Assembly: GCA_030141605.1 (NCBI GenBank)
Contig: JAQGDQ010000492.1
Location: 62,001 to 126,000 of the forward strand
Source: Tubiluchus corallicola
Taxonomy: Eukaryota > Animalia > Priapulida
DNA: 64,000 nucleotides
Reading direction: 5' to 3'
Below are positions 40,229-53,498 of this stretch, piece after piece (position 1 is the first letter of the stretch; each line of letters begins with the position of its first letter). Position numbers and translations under genes: made by a program. The notes under the pieces were generated by a model. It worked only from the letters and a program-made list of their open reading frames with translations. It did no database searches and was not told where the DNA came from.

Positions 40229-40936
40229 GCAACAATTTCATCTGCAATTTCCTCCTTAAATGGACCAAAAGTGTGAAGTGGAAGAAATCCGAGATTGACT
40301 GTATACAGCCAAATTGGCCAAATTATCTCCCAAACAAAATCACAGCCGCTGATTTTAAAGACTGTCCGATAACCGAAACCACTTCAGCTACAAAGGCACC
40401 TGTGCTGCACGGGCCATGCGGGGTGCGAGTAGATTGTGATTATTACGAACATTCCAAGTGCAGTGCGGTGTCCTGTGGAACCGACCGGACAATTGACAAC
40501 ATCAAAATGGACCATATAATAAAATCCCTGCCAGGCCATACCAGCGATGTTGAAGAATTCTTTCTTCACAAGTACACAGAAAGGCAACTGCCCAAGAATT
40601 TTCTCAGAGGAAAGTCAGTGGTAGATTTCCAGATGGTTGACTCCTATCTAGAGACAATTCCAGAGAATTCCATCTACGGCGTCCGCAAAACTATCTTGTT
40701 TATCAACATGCATCTCCTCACGACTGTCGATGGAAAGGCGTTCTCGAAATTGGAGACACTTCAAAAGATCGGCTTCTATAACTGCAGAGAACTGTTTTCA
40801 GCTGACTTGGATCTGTCTTCAAATCAGAAGATCATTTTGGAACAGTTGATTTTTGATGGAACAGCTATACAGCAGATGAAGATGCCAAAGCTGCATGACC
40901 AGACGCAATCAACTGACATTCTTTTGCAAATTACAG
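40229..40936 (+). CDS. LRR cassette exon D3 (708 nt, phase 1-1), open frame but cap Cys lost
   Basis: Acceptor ttcttag|gc, donor G|gtaaga; starts GNNFICNFLLKW (CxC changed to CxF); full family LRR motifs ending LQITG. Confidence 0.75.
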
Positions 40937-42125
40937 GTAAGAAAATCTGTCTGTATTTAGATATTCTTCGCGGTTTAGTGCGTGTGAAAAACAACGAACT
41001 TTTTTAGAAACGGTGCCTGCATGCTATTCGGAAATCAGGTAAATGCATTAGGCTGGTGATCACAAATGAAAGAAGTTCAACAACATATAATCGAACTAAG
41101 ATCATCTATCCAGAATTAACCGATTACGTTATCGTTTCCAATAAAAGTAGTTTATGGGACTTCATGTAAAAATCTATCCAGCTTTTATGTCGTCACGGTG
41201 TAGTCCAATTTTGTCTCACCAACCACTAAGCTCACACATGTGTAAACGTGTAAAAACCAAAATGTATGAAAAACTTGAAAAGCAGCTTCTTATTACATTT
41301 TTTCGGATAGCGGCATTTTAAAATGCTTTTAATGTCCTTCTCATTTTATATGGTACCTCTTATTAATAGGTCACACAGTCAAGAGGATCCGCCGGTAGCA
41401 AAATAAAATCAAGAATTAACACGCCCTAATCTGATAGCTCAGTCCCGCCTGTCTGTATTGTGAAATTATGGTAGTTTATATCCTGGACAGATTAAACAAT
41501 TACTCGTGGTGTATTAGTAATGCTATTAACCTAGTTGCTACATTGTCATTGTTAATTCGTATATGCACTGCGATTATATATACAAGCTGGAAAACTAAAT
41601 TCTATCATTCTAATTCCAGTTGAAACATTGTTGTGTCTGCTTATACTGTTTCACGTTATTCTAAATTGTTTAAAAGTCGAAATCACTTATGTTGTTATCC
41701 TAGATAGGTCAGCATGTTTCTCTAATTTACGGCATTTTTATGCTTCGTTTTAACAGTTATGCTCGATATAAAATAAACGTTGCATTAAGGAAAATTTTAA
41801 ACTTTGTGCATTCCGTGCATCTTCAGTACACAAGCAAATAAATCCAGTTCGAACATATTTATCTCAAAATCTATTGATTCTATTGTAGAACGATTTGGTG
41901 TGTGCACTATCAATACATAGAATGCACGTGGAATGAATGATATAATACGTTTTGTGCTATAATGAAGAGTTGAATAATATTGCCGAAATCGTTTGATTCT
42001 TTTCATCAAGAAATGCTAACTCTTGCTATCATTTTGTTGAACTATTCGACGTTGTTAACAATTCTCACGTAAGATGGACTAGAAATATATTAAAAACAGT
42101 CGGACCAGAATTCTGAACGCTGATA

Positions 42126-42819
42126 ATGTTGCCATTATCCTTACCTGATTTTGTAATGGTAATGCTATTGTTGCCTATTGTCAGTATCGACAGAGTCCGT
42201 TGCTTTATAAAGCCAACGTTCTGGCCAGATCAGATTGAAGAAAATAATTGTGAATTTCTAAACACCCATCGTAAATATTCATTTAAAGTAACTGTGCGAG
42301 TAACAATCTCTTCAGATTGTAGAGTTTTTACGGGTGAACATCATAAGCTACTTACTAAACATTTGTTAATGACCATAATTTATGCTAGGGAGATACCAAC
42401 AGACGTTGTATGGCGAGAGTTAGCCATTACAGAATACCGATGGTTTGAAGTTGATTCTAAACCTCTGGAAGTGTCGTTTGATTTCATGAAAGACATAAAT
42501 GTAAGAACTATAACAATTCAAGAAACCAATATTCAAGGGCTTGCAGAGAACTTTCTTCCTAATATAAAAACTCTTTCATTTGTGTTATTAGCGTATAATC
42601 GCCAACTTGCTTATATACACCCGAGAGCTTTTGCTAAATTAGAAGCCCTTTGGAGTATCGCCATTCTTGGAGCCCCAGCCCTAACGGGATCGGATTTCAA
42701 GATGGATTTTTCCCCAAATCCAAAAATTTCGCGAATTTTGCTTAGTGGTACAGGACTGACTTATATGAGCAAGCCTCTGTTTAACAAAATACCTGACAAG
42801 ATGGTTATGCAGCTCTGGA
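42126..42819 (+). CDS. LRR gene E exon 1: signal peptide and divergent LRR array
   Basis: Hydrophobic N-terminus FVMVMLLLPIVSI; LAYIHPRAFAKLEALWSIAI and LSGTGL motifs; phase-1 donor A|gtaggt 42819/42820. Confidence 0.82.
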
Positions 42820-43787
42820 GTAGGTATTTGTGAGTTTAAAAATGATTTAGAAGTTTATTTTCTGCTATAATAAATAATTAAGAATCAGTTATGTCTGGGT
42901 CATATTTATGCTTGAACTTATTTTTGTATTCAAACTTATTTTCAGTCAGAAATTAATGACAATTAACATTTAAGACCCAAATTTTTCTTCACTCTCCCAT
43001 ATAGTACATAGAGCGTCATTAGTGTTTGACCTATTGGCAAAGCAACGCAGTCAGCGTCATCATTCTAAATGGTTTAGATTACCTTAGACGACAAATGTCT
43101 ACGTATGATAACTTTGTTTGGAAATACAAGCAAGTACAACAATCCTGCATACCAATAGCTTCAATTTCTCTTTGCCCATGGTTATTGACAGAACCAGAAC
43201 GTCGATAAAATTGATCTTTACACCTTGAGTACAAAGAGGCGTTTGGAATTTGCATAGTATGTAGGTGAATTTGATAATAATATCTTATTTAAAAATGCTT
43301 ATTTTGACACAGAGTATGTGATAACATGTTCGTACAATTTACTATCACTGTAAATTGTAAGAGGTTTTTTTTAAAAAAAGACTGCTATTTTCAGTTTTTT
43401 AATTACTTACATTAGCTGTTACGAAGTAACCTTGTGTCTCTTAATTTTACTTCTACTCACTATATGGGAGCCAGCACCCTTTCTGATTTATATGCGAGGA
43501 CAGAAACACTCAAAGAAATATTTGCTTTTTTCGCTCTGCTGACATTGTTAATAAAAAGCACAATTGTGTTTTTTAAATTACGTTGCAACCCGAATTTCCG
43601 CTTTATGTAAGAATCATTAATAGAACTTCTTGTGTAACTTGGGTTTTCTACCTTTATTTGCTTAGAAGCCCGCAAAACTTAATTCCCTGTGCCCTTGGCA
43701 GATTCGTGATATTGAATAACAAAACTGTAAAATAAATGGTAACTTTTCAAATGTTTGTCACTATCATCAGTTTAATTGCTGTTTCAG

Positions 43788-44570
43788 ATAATAATTTTCA
43801 GTGCAATTGTTCAATGAGGTGGATCTTGGCAGAATCTTGGTCATCACAGTCAACAGTTGATTGTGCTAATCCACCCATAAAATCCATGAAACTTTACGAC
43901 TTTGACAAACTTTGTGGTTATCAAGAGACTACAAGCCTGCCCTACTTTACAACAACATCAGAAACCTATAATGGAACTGAAATCATCATAACATACAAGA
44001 ATTACACGAAACCTCCTTTTGGATATAAAAGCAAATGTCCTAACGTGATTTATATTCCTCCAACATGTGAAGTAGTACAAGATATCCCTTGTAAGTTGAG
44101 GTGTGGTTATAAAGTTGAGATGAATATAAGACCGTCAGTTCTTAGAGTCATTGACGATTACTTCGACTACTTCTCTGGAACTGCAGATGAAATGAATGAG
44201 CTGGTACTTGAACGTGTCAGAGCTGAAGAGTGGCCTGCTGACGTCCTAAAAGGTCGCTCAATAGGTTACCTAACGATAAAGTGGTCAGCGATGAAAAAGA
44301 TAGGCGAAATCAAAGCCAACGTCACCAGGGTTTTGAGAATAGCGGAAAATTACAGGTTAGCAACGATTTCACCCAGATTCTGTCAGTCCTGCGAACATGT
44401 TCAAGTCATTGAAATTGAGGGCGCCAAGGAACTTAAAATTCTGCAGCCTCTTGCTTTTTCAAGTTGCCGCAAGTTGCAGAATATTTTAATCTCTCGAACG
44501 GGTTTAAAGTTCATCCCAATGCCGTTATTTCGGGACAGAATGCCAGAACATATAATTCTACGGCTATTAT
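43788..44570 (+). CDS. LRR gene E cassette exon 2 (783 nt, phase 1-1)
   Basis: Acceptor gtttcag|at gives NNFQCNCSMRW; donor T|gtaagt. Confidence 0.88.
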
Positions 44571-44879
44571 GTAAGTTCATTTAATAGATGCTTAAATAAA
44601 ATTTAATATCAAGAAGCAATATAACAGCGAGGCACAACTTGTAAAGGTGGCGGAGCAATCGCCTAACAACCTGTCATCCAAGGCTTCGTATCATAGATGT
44701 TCATAACCATTATCTCAGCGCGCCGTTAGTGACAATTTTTCTTTTCTTCTTCGTCTTTTTTCCAGTGAATAAAGTGAGTAGAAAAGAATTTAGTGCGAGG
44801 CGTCAAAAGCTAATTGGAAAATTTTGCTCACTTTACAGAAGCAGTTTGGGTTTACTGTGGCCCTTTGTAGTTATCTTGT

Positions 44880-45020
44880 AAAATAACTTTAAAATTATCT
44901 AGAGACTAGAAAAATAAACTTTAAAATTATCTCCACACTTGAAAAATAAACTTTAAAATTATCTCCAGACTTGAAAAATAAACTTTAAAATTATCTCCAG
45001 ACTTGAAAAATAACTTCAAA
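44880..45020. repeat. ~30-bp AT-rich tandem repeat, 4-5 copies
   Basis: Unit aaaataaactttaaaattatctccagacttg. Confidence 0.8.
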
Positions 45021-45606
45021 TCTTTATCTCAAATTCATATATTCCTATTGGTAAGCTTTTGTTTCTTCTGCAAAAGCGCAAAGCAACTACAAATTTATTT
45101 TTTGTATTTGCAAATTGATCGCTTTGGAAACCGCTAACAGTAATCAACGTTCAAGGTGTAATAAATGTGAATCATAAACTAGATTTATGTAAAATAGAAT
45201 TAAGTACAACCGGAAATTGTACAAATGCCACTAGAAAAGTGAAACGTTGTAACCGCTTCTTCCAGTTTAGCACCTCAAGCAGTGAGCGGTGTCTTAGTTC
45301 CTTTGCAAAGTTTTGCAAAAAGTAAAAAGCATTTGATTCAGACTTGCATCATTTCTAGTGCTCAGAATGAATATAAATGCACTCCTGAAAAATGGTGACA
45401 CGTTTGTCCTGTTGTCAACAATATACTCTCTGGTGGGGACGCCTGTCAGGGGATGTCACGTGATTTTATGGAATGGTCATGCACACGTCTCCACCAATCA
45501 GCTTTTAGACATTCATTTTCTTATTTTTAATTTAATCCGTGAGTTTTACAGCGATCCTCTTTACCCCACTTTCCTACAATGAAATAACTATTAACTTCTA
45601 TTAAAT

Positions 45607-45980
45607 TGTTGATATTGATACCATTGTCACTAGTTTTCATTTTTATCCGCCCGTGCCAGTGTTCCTGGTCAGATGTAGGGCCCTCTACACGCCCTGCTTC
45701 CACGTCAGCAGCGACTCACCCTTTCTTGTAGGTCCAGACGTCTTGTTTGGGCCTACACGTGGTGTGAGAAGCCAGCTGACCTGGAATGCCAGTATAAAAG
45801 CGCGTAGAGGTCACTACAGCCTTGATTTCTGACACAGGTGCTCCTCGGGTGTAGTGCTGTTACTGAGTTAGTTAGTTATTTTTTGTGCACGTGTTATTTG
45901 GTTCCTAATTCCTAATAAACTCCGTACAGTGTAGTTTTTGTGTATTTTGTTTTGTGAGAGTTAAATGACATGCTATAACA
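45607..45980 (+). mobile_element. Possible solo LTR
   Basis: GC-richer island bounded by tgttgata...tataaca with TATAAAA at 45793 followed by AATAAA at 45914; no TSD found. Confidence 0.4.
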
Positions 45981-47175
45981 GGTATAAGGTACTAGTTTAC
46001 AGACATTAATTTAGTTATTTAACATAACATTTGTAATTAACATTAACATTTGTAATTAAGTATCGGTTACACAACTATTATAAAATGGAACGTCACGGTG
46101 CGCAATATGAAGACCGCCATGCCGTCTTGGAGTTCGACCCCCTGAGGCATCCAGTTTTCACATTCTAATTCATGTAAACTCACAAACCCAGAAGGCTAGA
46201 GTCGTGCAACTTGCCTCGGGTAGGGTTCTTGAAAATGCTGTGTTGAGCAGTGACCTCCGTCAAAGGGTCAAGACACGGAACATCGGCAATTGTTCAATTG
46301 CCAATTCAGCTTCTCTTAAAGCTGTGAGTTAAATTCAGAATTTTTCATGCCTATTTTGGATAGTGTGATTTAGATGTGCAATTTAGATTTTAAAAAACTG
46401 AGAGTCAAAATACATATCACTGAAAAATTCTAAACTATAGTAACTAGAGTCACGGAAATTGCAGAGTAAAAACCCTACTGTATGTACGTAATGTGTACAT
46501 AAAAAGTTTTTAGCCTTATAGCGTGTTTATACCACAGGAAGTAGAATTATACAAATTCTTATTAGTTCACCAATTTCCGTACATTTTTTTATTTTGTAAA
46601 ATGCTTGTAAACTCCATTTTTAATCCATTAGTGTTACGCATCCATTTTAGAAAAAGTATTGAGTTTTTGAGATTTCTTAAGCATCTAATCGCACATGAGT
46701 AAGCCGCAGTAGGCCAAACACAGTCACGTGATAAATAGTGTCATGGTTGAATGAGTTTAAGGGTTCCAGGACGGAATCTCTGCTGGAATGGGGCCAAAAT
46801 ATGACTATTCAAGCATTTTGCGCAATTAAACGTGAGTTAATCACATTGGACCAAAGCATAGTCAAGTGAAGATCTATGTCATTCGCCTGTCCCTACATGT
46901 TATTCATTATCTGTGTGCTGCGTCCTTACTTGCACAGTCACTAAATAGCTGTTAATGTTGATGTTGTCTGTGGAATGAGTGATGGTAAATAAATCTTGTC
47001 TTTGTCTTTGAAATTTAGTGACGAGCGTGGAAGTAAGGGCGGAAGTAACTACACTATGTAGACCAGGTAAAATCAGGTGTAAACACAGTCGCGGCGTTTT
47101 GCTCGCGGATTTGGGTCTGAATCATTGGATTTTTTTTCATGTTGATTCAATTATGGCAGTGTTTTGTTGTTTCAG

Positions 47176-47850
47176 CGAATCCTCTTATCTGTGACTGTAA
47201 CATGGAGTGGACCAAGGATCGACAATGGCGTTCGTCTAGCATTGACTGTGAAAACCCGCCTAGGAATCATGTGAAAAACGAGATTAAACTTGGGGAATTC
47301 ATTGGATGTAGCAACAAAAGCGTGAGAATCTGCATGATTCCAGCTAATCCCTGCACTGCTGCACGACACGCCTCAGAAAATGGTTGTCATGTAAAATGCG
47401 GTTATGTAATCGGCCATGTGCCAATATTCGAAGGAGATGTGAAGTTGATAATGAAGGCCCTTCGGCCATGGACGCACACTCTGACCATTGCTAATTATGC
47501 CGAAACTCAACTTCCTTCAAATTTTCTTGAACGCAAGACAGTCGAGACGCTTCGTCTGACCGATTCAAACTTAAAAATACTGACCCCGATATATGGCAAC
47601 GTTACCAACAAGGTTTCAGTTTTCCGTCAGGAACACTTGACCGCTGTCCATCCTAAAGCATTCTACAGACTGAAATCGTTGAAGCGAATTTATATTTCAA
47701 ATTGTGAGAAGTTAATAACAATAAATCTGGATTTATCTGAAAGTTCACAGTTTGAGGAGCTCTTTATAGAGAAAACGGGAATTTACAGTCTTGACAAACC
47801 CAAACTTCATCCCGACAGACCATCAAGCGAAATATTATTAACGGTTGTGA
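47176..47850 (+). CDS. LRR gene E cassette exon 3 (675 nt, phase 1-1)
   Basis: Acceptor gtttcag|cg gives NPLICDCNMEW...NEIKLGEFIGC; donor A|gtaagt. Confidence 0.9.
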
Positions 47851-48473
47851 GTAAGTAAATTAAATCTCTTTAGTGTTTGGAGTTAATTCTACGCCTGTCG
47901 GGTTGGTAACTGGTTTTTTTCATTCTTAACTACCTGACGTCTTTTTGATTATTTTAATGAAAAGCAAATAGGCGCAGCCATGACGAGACAAACAAGACTC
48001 GTAAGGTAAGTAGTAGTGCCCGGTACCTGTACCTTGTGAATACTGTCACATCATTGTGAAGGTACAGTGCACCAATCCTTTCTTTAGGCTTCATTTTTGC
48101 TTTGGTGGCACGTGTTAGCATGTTTTCTTAAAAGCACCAAATAGGCGGGTAACCATGGAAAAAAGAAATAAGTGAAATTAGTGTAAACTTTGTGAACTCA
48201 CAATTACATAAAAAATTGAACTGTAAAGTTTGAATTAAGACTTCAGTTTCAATCACTAGCGCTGAGTAGTCAAGCGTTCTTGGCGTTGAACTTGTAATCC
48301 AAAGTCCGGGCTCTTCACACTGATTTATGTATTTGTGTTTAATGACTAATCTTATGGCTCAAGATTGTATTAGTTTCAAGATAAATTCGAATTTTGATCA
48401 AATGGAAGAAAATGTAAAAAAGTTAAGATAGAGTTTTTATTTGAACGTATACATTCTACTCCACGGCTGTTCG

Positions 48474-48773
48474 ACTTACTTGCTTACTTGATGCCCCCAC
48501 CAGGTGGAGGCAGGCCAGCACAGGTAGCACCCCGAACCATCGCACGCCATGGCTTACGGTCCTCGCAGTACGACGGCAGCTCTGTGAAATCAACGGAAAC
48601 TTGGTGGTAGCGGACCAGCCCAAGAGGAGCACAATATCGCGCTTGATTTGATGCCAGAAATGCTTTTGTTGACCTCCTCTGCGGCGCTTTCACGTGCCGC
48701 CGCGTCCTGCTGCCACCGGTGCCGGCTCGAACATGGAGATGAACGGTAAGCGGGAGCGGGCCATTCGAATTAT
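48474..48773 (-). mobile_element. Degenerate RTE-like LINE 3' fragment
   Basis: Minus strand reads IIRMARSRLP...T*KRRRGGQQKHFWHQIKRD then DRKPWRAMV, like RTE ORF C-termini; ends in aagtaagcaagtaagt tail; GC-rich island. Confidence 0.7.
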
Positions 48774-48917
48774 ATCGTGTTTTCGAAACCAGTATAAGTA
48801 TTTCGAAACCAGTTGATTACTCTTTAATATATTGTATTAGTTGATACGTTGTTGGAATTAAAATAACTAAAGCCGTAATCATAAATGTCTGCATGGTCTT
48901 GCGTTGGACTTGTACGA

Positions 48918-48961
<44 letters not shown>

Positions 48962-49323
48962 ATCTTTATTTGCCATTAAAAACATTGATAATCACTGATA
49001 AAAACTTTATAGAGATAATCAATCAGTGTTAGTTAATAAAAACTTACACTGCTGAAGGCAAATGCGTCAGTGCAATCTAAACTACTGTGCAGTAATGACG
49101 AATAAAATCAAACATATTTACAACCATATACAAAAAAATAAAAAACTAAAAAAAAAAACTATGATTTAATTAATATGGCCGTGGGTATATGAATTCTGAA
49201 TTAGTGTGTATGTTGTCGTACTGGTGTGATGGCATTTCGTATCTTGTTCAAATTCATACTTAGTCTTGACTTTTCCACATCCATCATCCACTCATCTTTA
49301 TTAATACTATGCAATTTTTGTAG

Positions 49324-50037
49324 AGAACGATAACTTGAATTGTGATTGCTATTTGGTATGGGCAGACGAATCATACTGGCACCGAGGAAGTGACTTAAGA
49401 TGTCATATTTTCGGCGAATTGGTTATTTTTTTAACTGTCCCAAAAAAGGGCGATGTTTTGCATTGTGTGCAATCGACTGAGACGCCAGATTATTTTATTC
49501 CCACATTTAGTCCAATTGATTATGGAGTAGACATGGCTGAATGTATATCCGTAAAGGCTGGACCGGACATCATCGACGTCACATGTGGTGCAAATTCAAA
49601 ACTTTTTCAAGAGAAACTGATCGAGATGTGGCACAAGTTACCCAACGTCACTGGTGAGCTACTTATTGCCAACATTGTGGAGAAAAAACTACCAGCGAAA
49701 TTTCTTGAAGGTAAAACAATTGTAGACTTGAAAATACGAAAATCTGACATTGAGGAACTTGAAGAAAATGCTATATATGCTAATATTACAGAATCTATAG
49801 AATTTACTCGCAATAAACATTTGACAACTGTCCATCCAAGAGCGCTCTTTAAAATACCGAATGTGAACAAAATTATGTTCTGGGACTGTCATGATTTAAT
49901 AACAGCAAACTTGGACTTGTTTAACAATTATATTGCACTCAGTAGCATTGTATTTCGACTCACCAATATTGGAACAATGTTGAAACCCATTCTTCACCCT
50001 AGAAAACGAAACGGTAGCGTCTACTTTGAAATAACAG
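49324..50037 (+). CDS. LRR gene E cassette exon 4 (714 nt, phase 1-1)
   Basis: Acceptor tttgtag|ag gives NDNLNCDCYLVW; donor G|gtaaga after FEITG. Confidence 0.88.
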
Positions 50038-50674
50038 GTAAGATATTTCAATTTCTAAAGCAGGGCAAAGTTTAATCTAATACATGAGCAGATTCCTGGA
50101 TATTTGGGTCTGACACAAGGAGGGTGGTTGTGACGTCACAGTGGTCATGTTCTAGAAAGCTGAATACAAAAAAGTCAAGGTGGCACTTATGGAATAACTT
50201 TGAATTAAACGTACATTTTGATTATGTATTAAAATCAAAACACAAAATTAACACACTTTTAAGGCGATACATACTCGTTATTAGATCTTTAAGATCAAAG
50301 TACAATAAAAAGTTTTGCAGCGAACTCATAAATTTCAAAACGTATTGCCTACGTAAATATTAATTAAATATTTTTTACCAAAACAACGTGAGGCAATGTG
50401 AAAATGTTTATCGTAACCACAAGAATCTCGCTTGCCTAAATTTTATTCCAGCAATTTATTTTTTATTACTCACTTCACAAACCACTCTAAGAACCAATTA
50501 AAAGCGACGCCAAATTAAGGCATCTCTGCCCCTTTATGCATTTGATCTGTGTAATTACATATTTATATTAGTTAGCTTTTATTTTACTGATAAGAGCTGT
50601 TTAAAGTGTGTGATCTCTTGGCTATATCTTTGCCTGTTTGTCTATTTCGGTTAATTACTGGTCATTGGCCTTTC

Positions 50675-50975
50675 TTTGCGTTAACTTATATTGCACACAA
50701 AGATTGATGTTCTTGCGTTAAGTTACATTTCACACAAAGATTGATGCTCTTGCGTTAACTTACATTTCAAACAAAGATTGATGTTCTTGCGTTAACTTAC
50801 ATTTCACACAAAGATTGATGTTCTTGCGTTAAGTTACATTTCAAACAAAGATTGATGTTCTTGCGTTAACTTACATTTCACACAAAGATTGATGCTCTTG
50901 CGTTAACTTACATTTGAAACAAAGATTGATGTTCTTGCGTTAACTTACATTTCACACAAAGATTGATGTTCTTGC
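50675..50975. repeat. 37-bp minisatellite, about 8 copies
   Basis: Unit ttgcgttaacttacatttcacacaaagattgatgttc. Confidence 0.92.
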
Positions 50976-51367
50976 AATGTCAAAAAACCAATTGTTTTCA
51001 CCTCCTACCTCTATATTGTGATGGTTCGATTTATAACGAAGCCGTTGCATATAAAAGCTGCCGATATGGAATGGCTTAAGCAGGTAGACGGACTGATACG
51101 TGTACATACCACATAAGCACCTGTTCCGCAGTTAAACTAGCATGGAGACGCAAGATAAGTTACTGTCAAGTCTTTTGACATTAATTTCTCTGTTTCGACA
51201 GTTACTTTTCTACAAAACACTGAGGCTTGTTGAATTGTGTGGCTTCCGGAAAGTTTCGATTCGAACCGGCCGGAACTAGCTACCACCATTCCCTGGGGGC
51301 GAAAACTTGACGGCAGAACAATATAAAAGCGAACTGCTTAAAATTAATAACGTTATTTACATTTTAG

Positions 51368-51609
51368 GCAGTCCTCTTGTGTGTGACTGTTCAATGGCTT
51401 GGCTCAAAGAACCTGGGGCGTGGGTTTCATCAACAGTTGATTGCTTGATTCCATATAGGAAACATCAAGTGATGGAAATCGCCTATTACGAATTTTGCTA
51501 CAGCGTACCACAAGGTGCCGTTTCGGGTGTTAAACAACTGACTCTAACTTGTTTTCCAATTATGCTGCTGTTTATCATGAAAGAGACGTGTTTAACTGTT
51601 GTACAATAA
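51368..51609 (+). CDS. LRR gene E terminal exon: LRRCT plus GPI-signal-like tail (spliced product about 1035 aa)
   Basis: Acceptor attttag|gc gives GSPLVCDCSMAW; small residues GAVSG followed by hydrophobic LTLTCFPIMLLFIM near the stop. Confidence 0.85.
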
Positions 51610-52371
51610 TTAGCCTGTTTTTGAAAGTGAATTTAATTTATATGCTAGGACACAGGCAGGAATAATCGGATTATTTCTCATCAACTTGACAGGATTAAAT
51701 ATAAAAACAAGTTCTACGCGATGTACATTTCTAGCCCATGAATTAATATGGGCTTATCCGTTTTTGTGAAACTGGATTAAGTCACGTTCATTTTACTGTA
51801 AATTTTTAAATAAACAACAAAATACACAAGTAAAATTTATTTTGATTGCACAGTCTTTTCAACCTCGACATGTGGCTGTCGTCAAGTGTGGGCTGAACAA
51901 ATATAATATGGGGTAGATCACATGTCACGCAGTATGCGTCACGCACAATTGAGTCATACCATTGTTCAAATACTGAAGAAGGTTATTAAGATGTCATGAT
52001 GTTTCACAATGACGTCACACTGCCTCCCGTCATCCAAATGACGTGGCGTCATTGAGTTGCTAGCTACTGCATTGATTTTCAACGAACCTAAGTATCCCAA
52101 AGTTTAGCGAACGTACTATCAACTACTACCTACAACGAAGGTTATAGAGACAATGATGAAAAATGACGTGGAGTGAATTCATTATTAAAGTGAAGTGGCA
52201 TTTTGTCAGAAAGTACTTTTCTAAAAAACTTTCAGAATCTAACTGCTTTTATTAGGCCTTCCTGCACCTACATTGTTACGTCCTAAAGTATTAGGCCTAA
52301 AGCATTGTGACACAACTTGCATTTCAAGCTCCAGGTAATTTTGTACAATTTGATGATTCTTAAAACTGATT

Positions 52372-53038
52372 ATGCATCACATAGTGCAAAATTTATTGTT
52401 TTTATACTTCTGTTGCACCAGCGTAGTTCCCAGTTATGCTATACGTGACGGACTTGATCCAAGTGACATTGCACCTGACGACTTAAAAATACCATGTATC
52501 CTCCTACCAAAAATAAATAATTGTTCATTCTTAACCTACGTTTACAGCGAATGTTATGGCAAATACCACTGTTATTATTGGTGCGGCAATGGCGCGAAGT
52601 TAAGCACAAGTTTACTCCAAACAATTCTGAAAGATCCTACAATTCCACCATTAATATATGATATGTACATCGAAGATTTTGCTGATGAGTCGTGGCCTAG
52701 TGGTGTTTTGGAAAAGATGAAAATAAATAACTTGAAAATATCGCATTCTAGTCTTAAAGCAATAGATAAGAATTTTATACATGCAAACGTTGGCAATTCA
52801 GTGTATTTATGCTGGAACCAAGATCTAAACAACTTGCATCCTCAAGCATTCTCTAACTTGGAATCACTCCGCCAGGTCTACATATCAGAAGCGAATAATT
52901 TGGACATAGACAGTTTAGATTTGTCATCGAGTGATAACTTTACAAGTCTGTTTATTGATGGAACGAAAACGGATTTCTTTCCTAGACCAGAACTCAGCCC
53001 CTATGCAGTAGTTGAAAAGATTAGCATGCGTCTGACAC
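52372..53038 (+). CDS. LRR gene F exon 1: signal peptide, Cys N-cap, LRR array
   Basis: LLFLYFCCTSVVPSYA signal-like; LNNLHPQAFSNLESLRQVYI; phase-1 donor C|gtatgt 53038/53039. Confidence 0.88.
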
Positions 53039-53498
53039 GTATGTACATTTTGTTTGACTGTCTTTATTGGGGGAAACAATAACTTTATTAAAATATGTTT
53101 GAAGAGTTTTATTCAATCGTGGAGCTGAATTAGCAACAATAATGATCACTAGAACTTTCTTTCTATAAAATGGCTTTAATCACGATCTGTTTATTGATTT
53201 TTTTCGATGGCTGTCTTTCATTCTACGCATCAATATGTTTACAATAACATTAAAGCTGATTTTAATGTTCTGATAGCTAGATGCTGTTAAAAGGCTTTCC
53301 CGGCCCATAATACGCTCTTGGCCATACAGGGCATATTATTTAATTTATTTAAATAATTTGAATGTTGCTTAAATGATTTAAACTTTTGGAAAGCAGCACA
53401 AATTTGTTGTTAAAGCACTAGTGTCATAATACTGCCTCAAATCTACCAAAAATGTGCGTTTTGCACAAACACGAAGTCGGTAAATCTATAGCCGAATA

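Noticed and set aside
41430-41480. PPVCIVKLW* as the missing terminal exon of gene D
   Set aside because: Lacks the second Cys and the downstream IDC...C motif; poor polypyrimidine tract.
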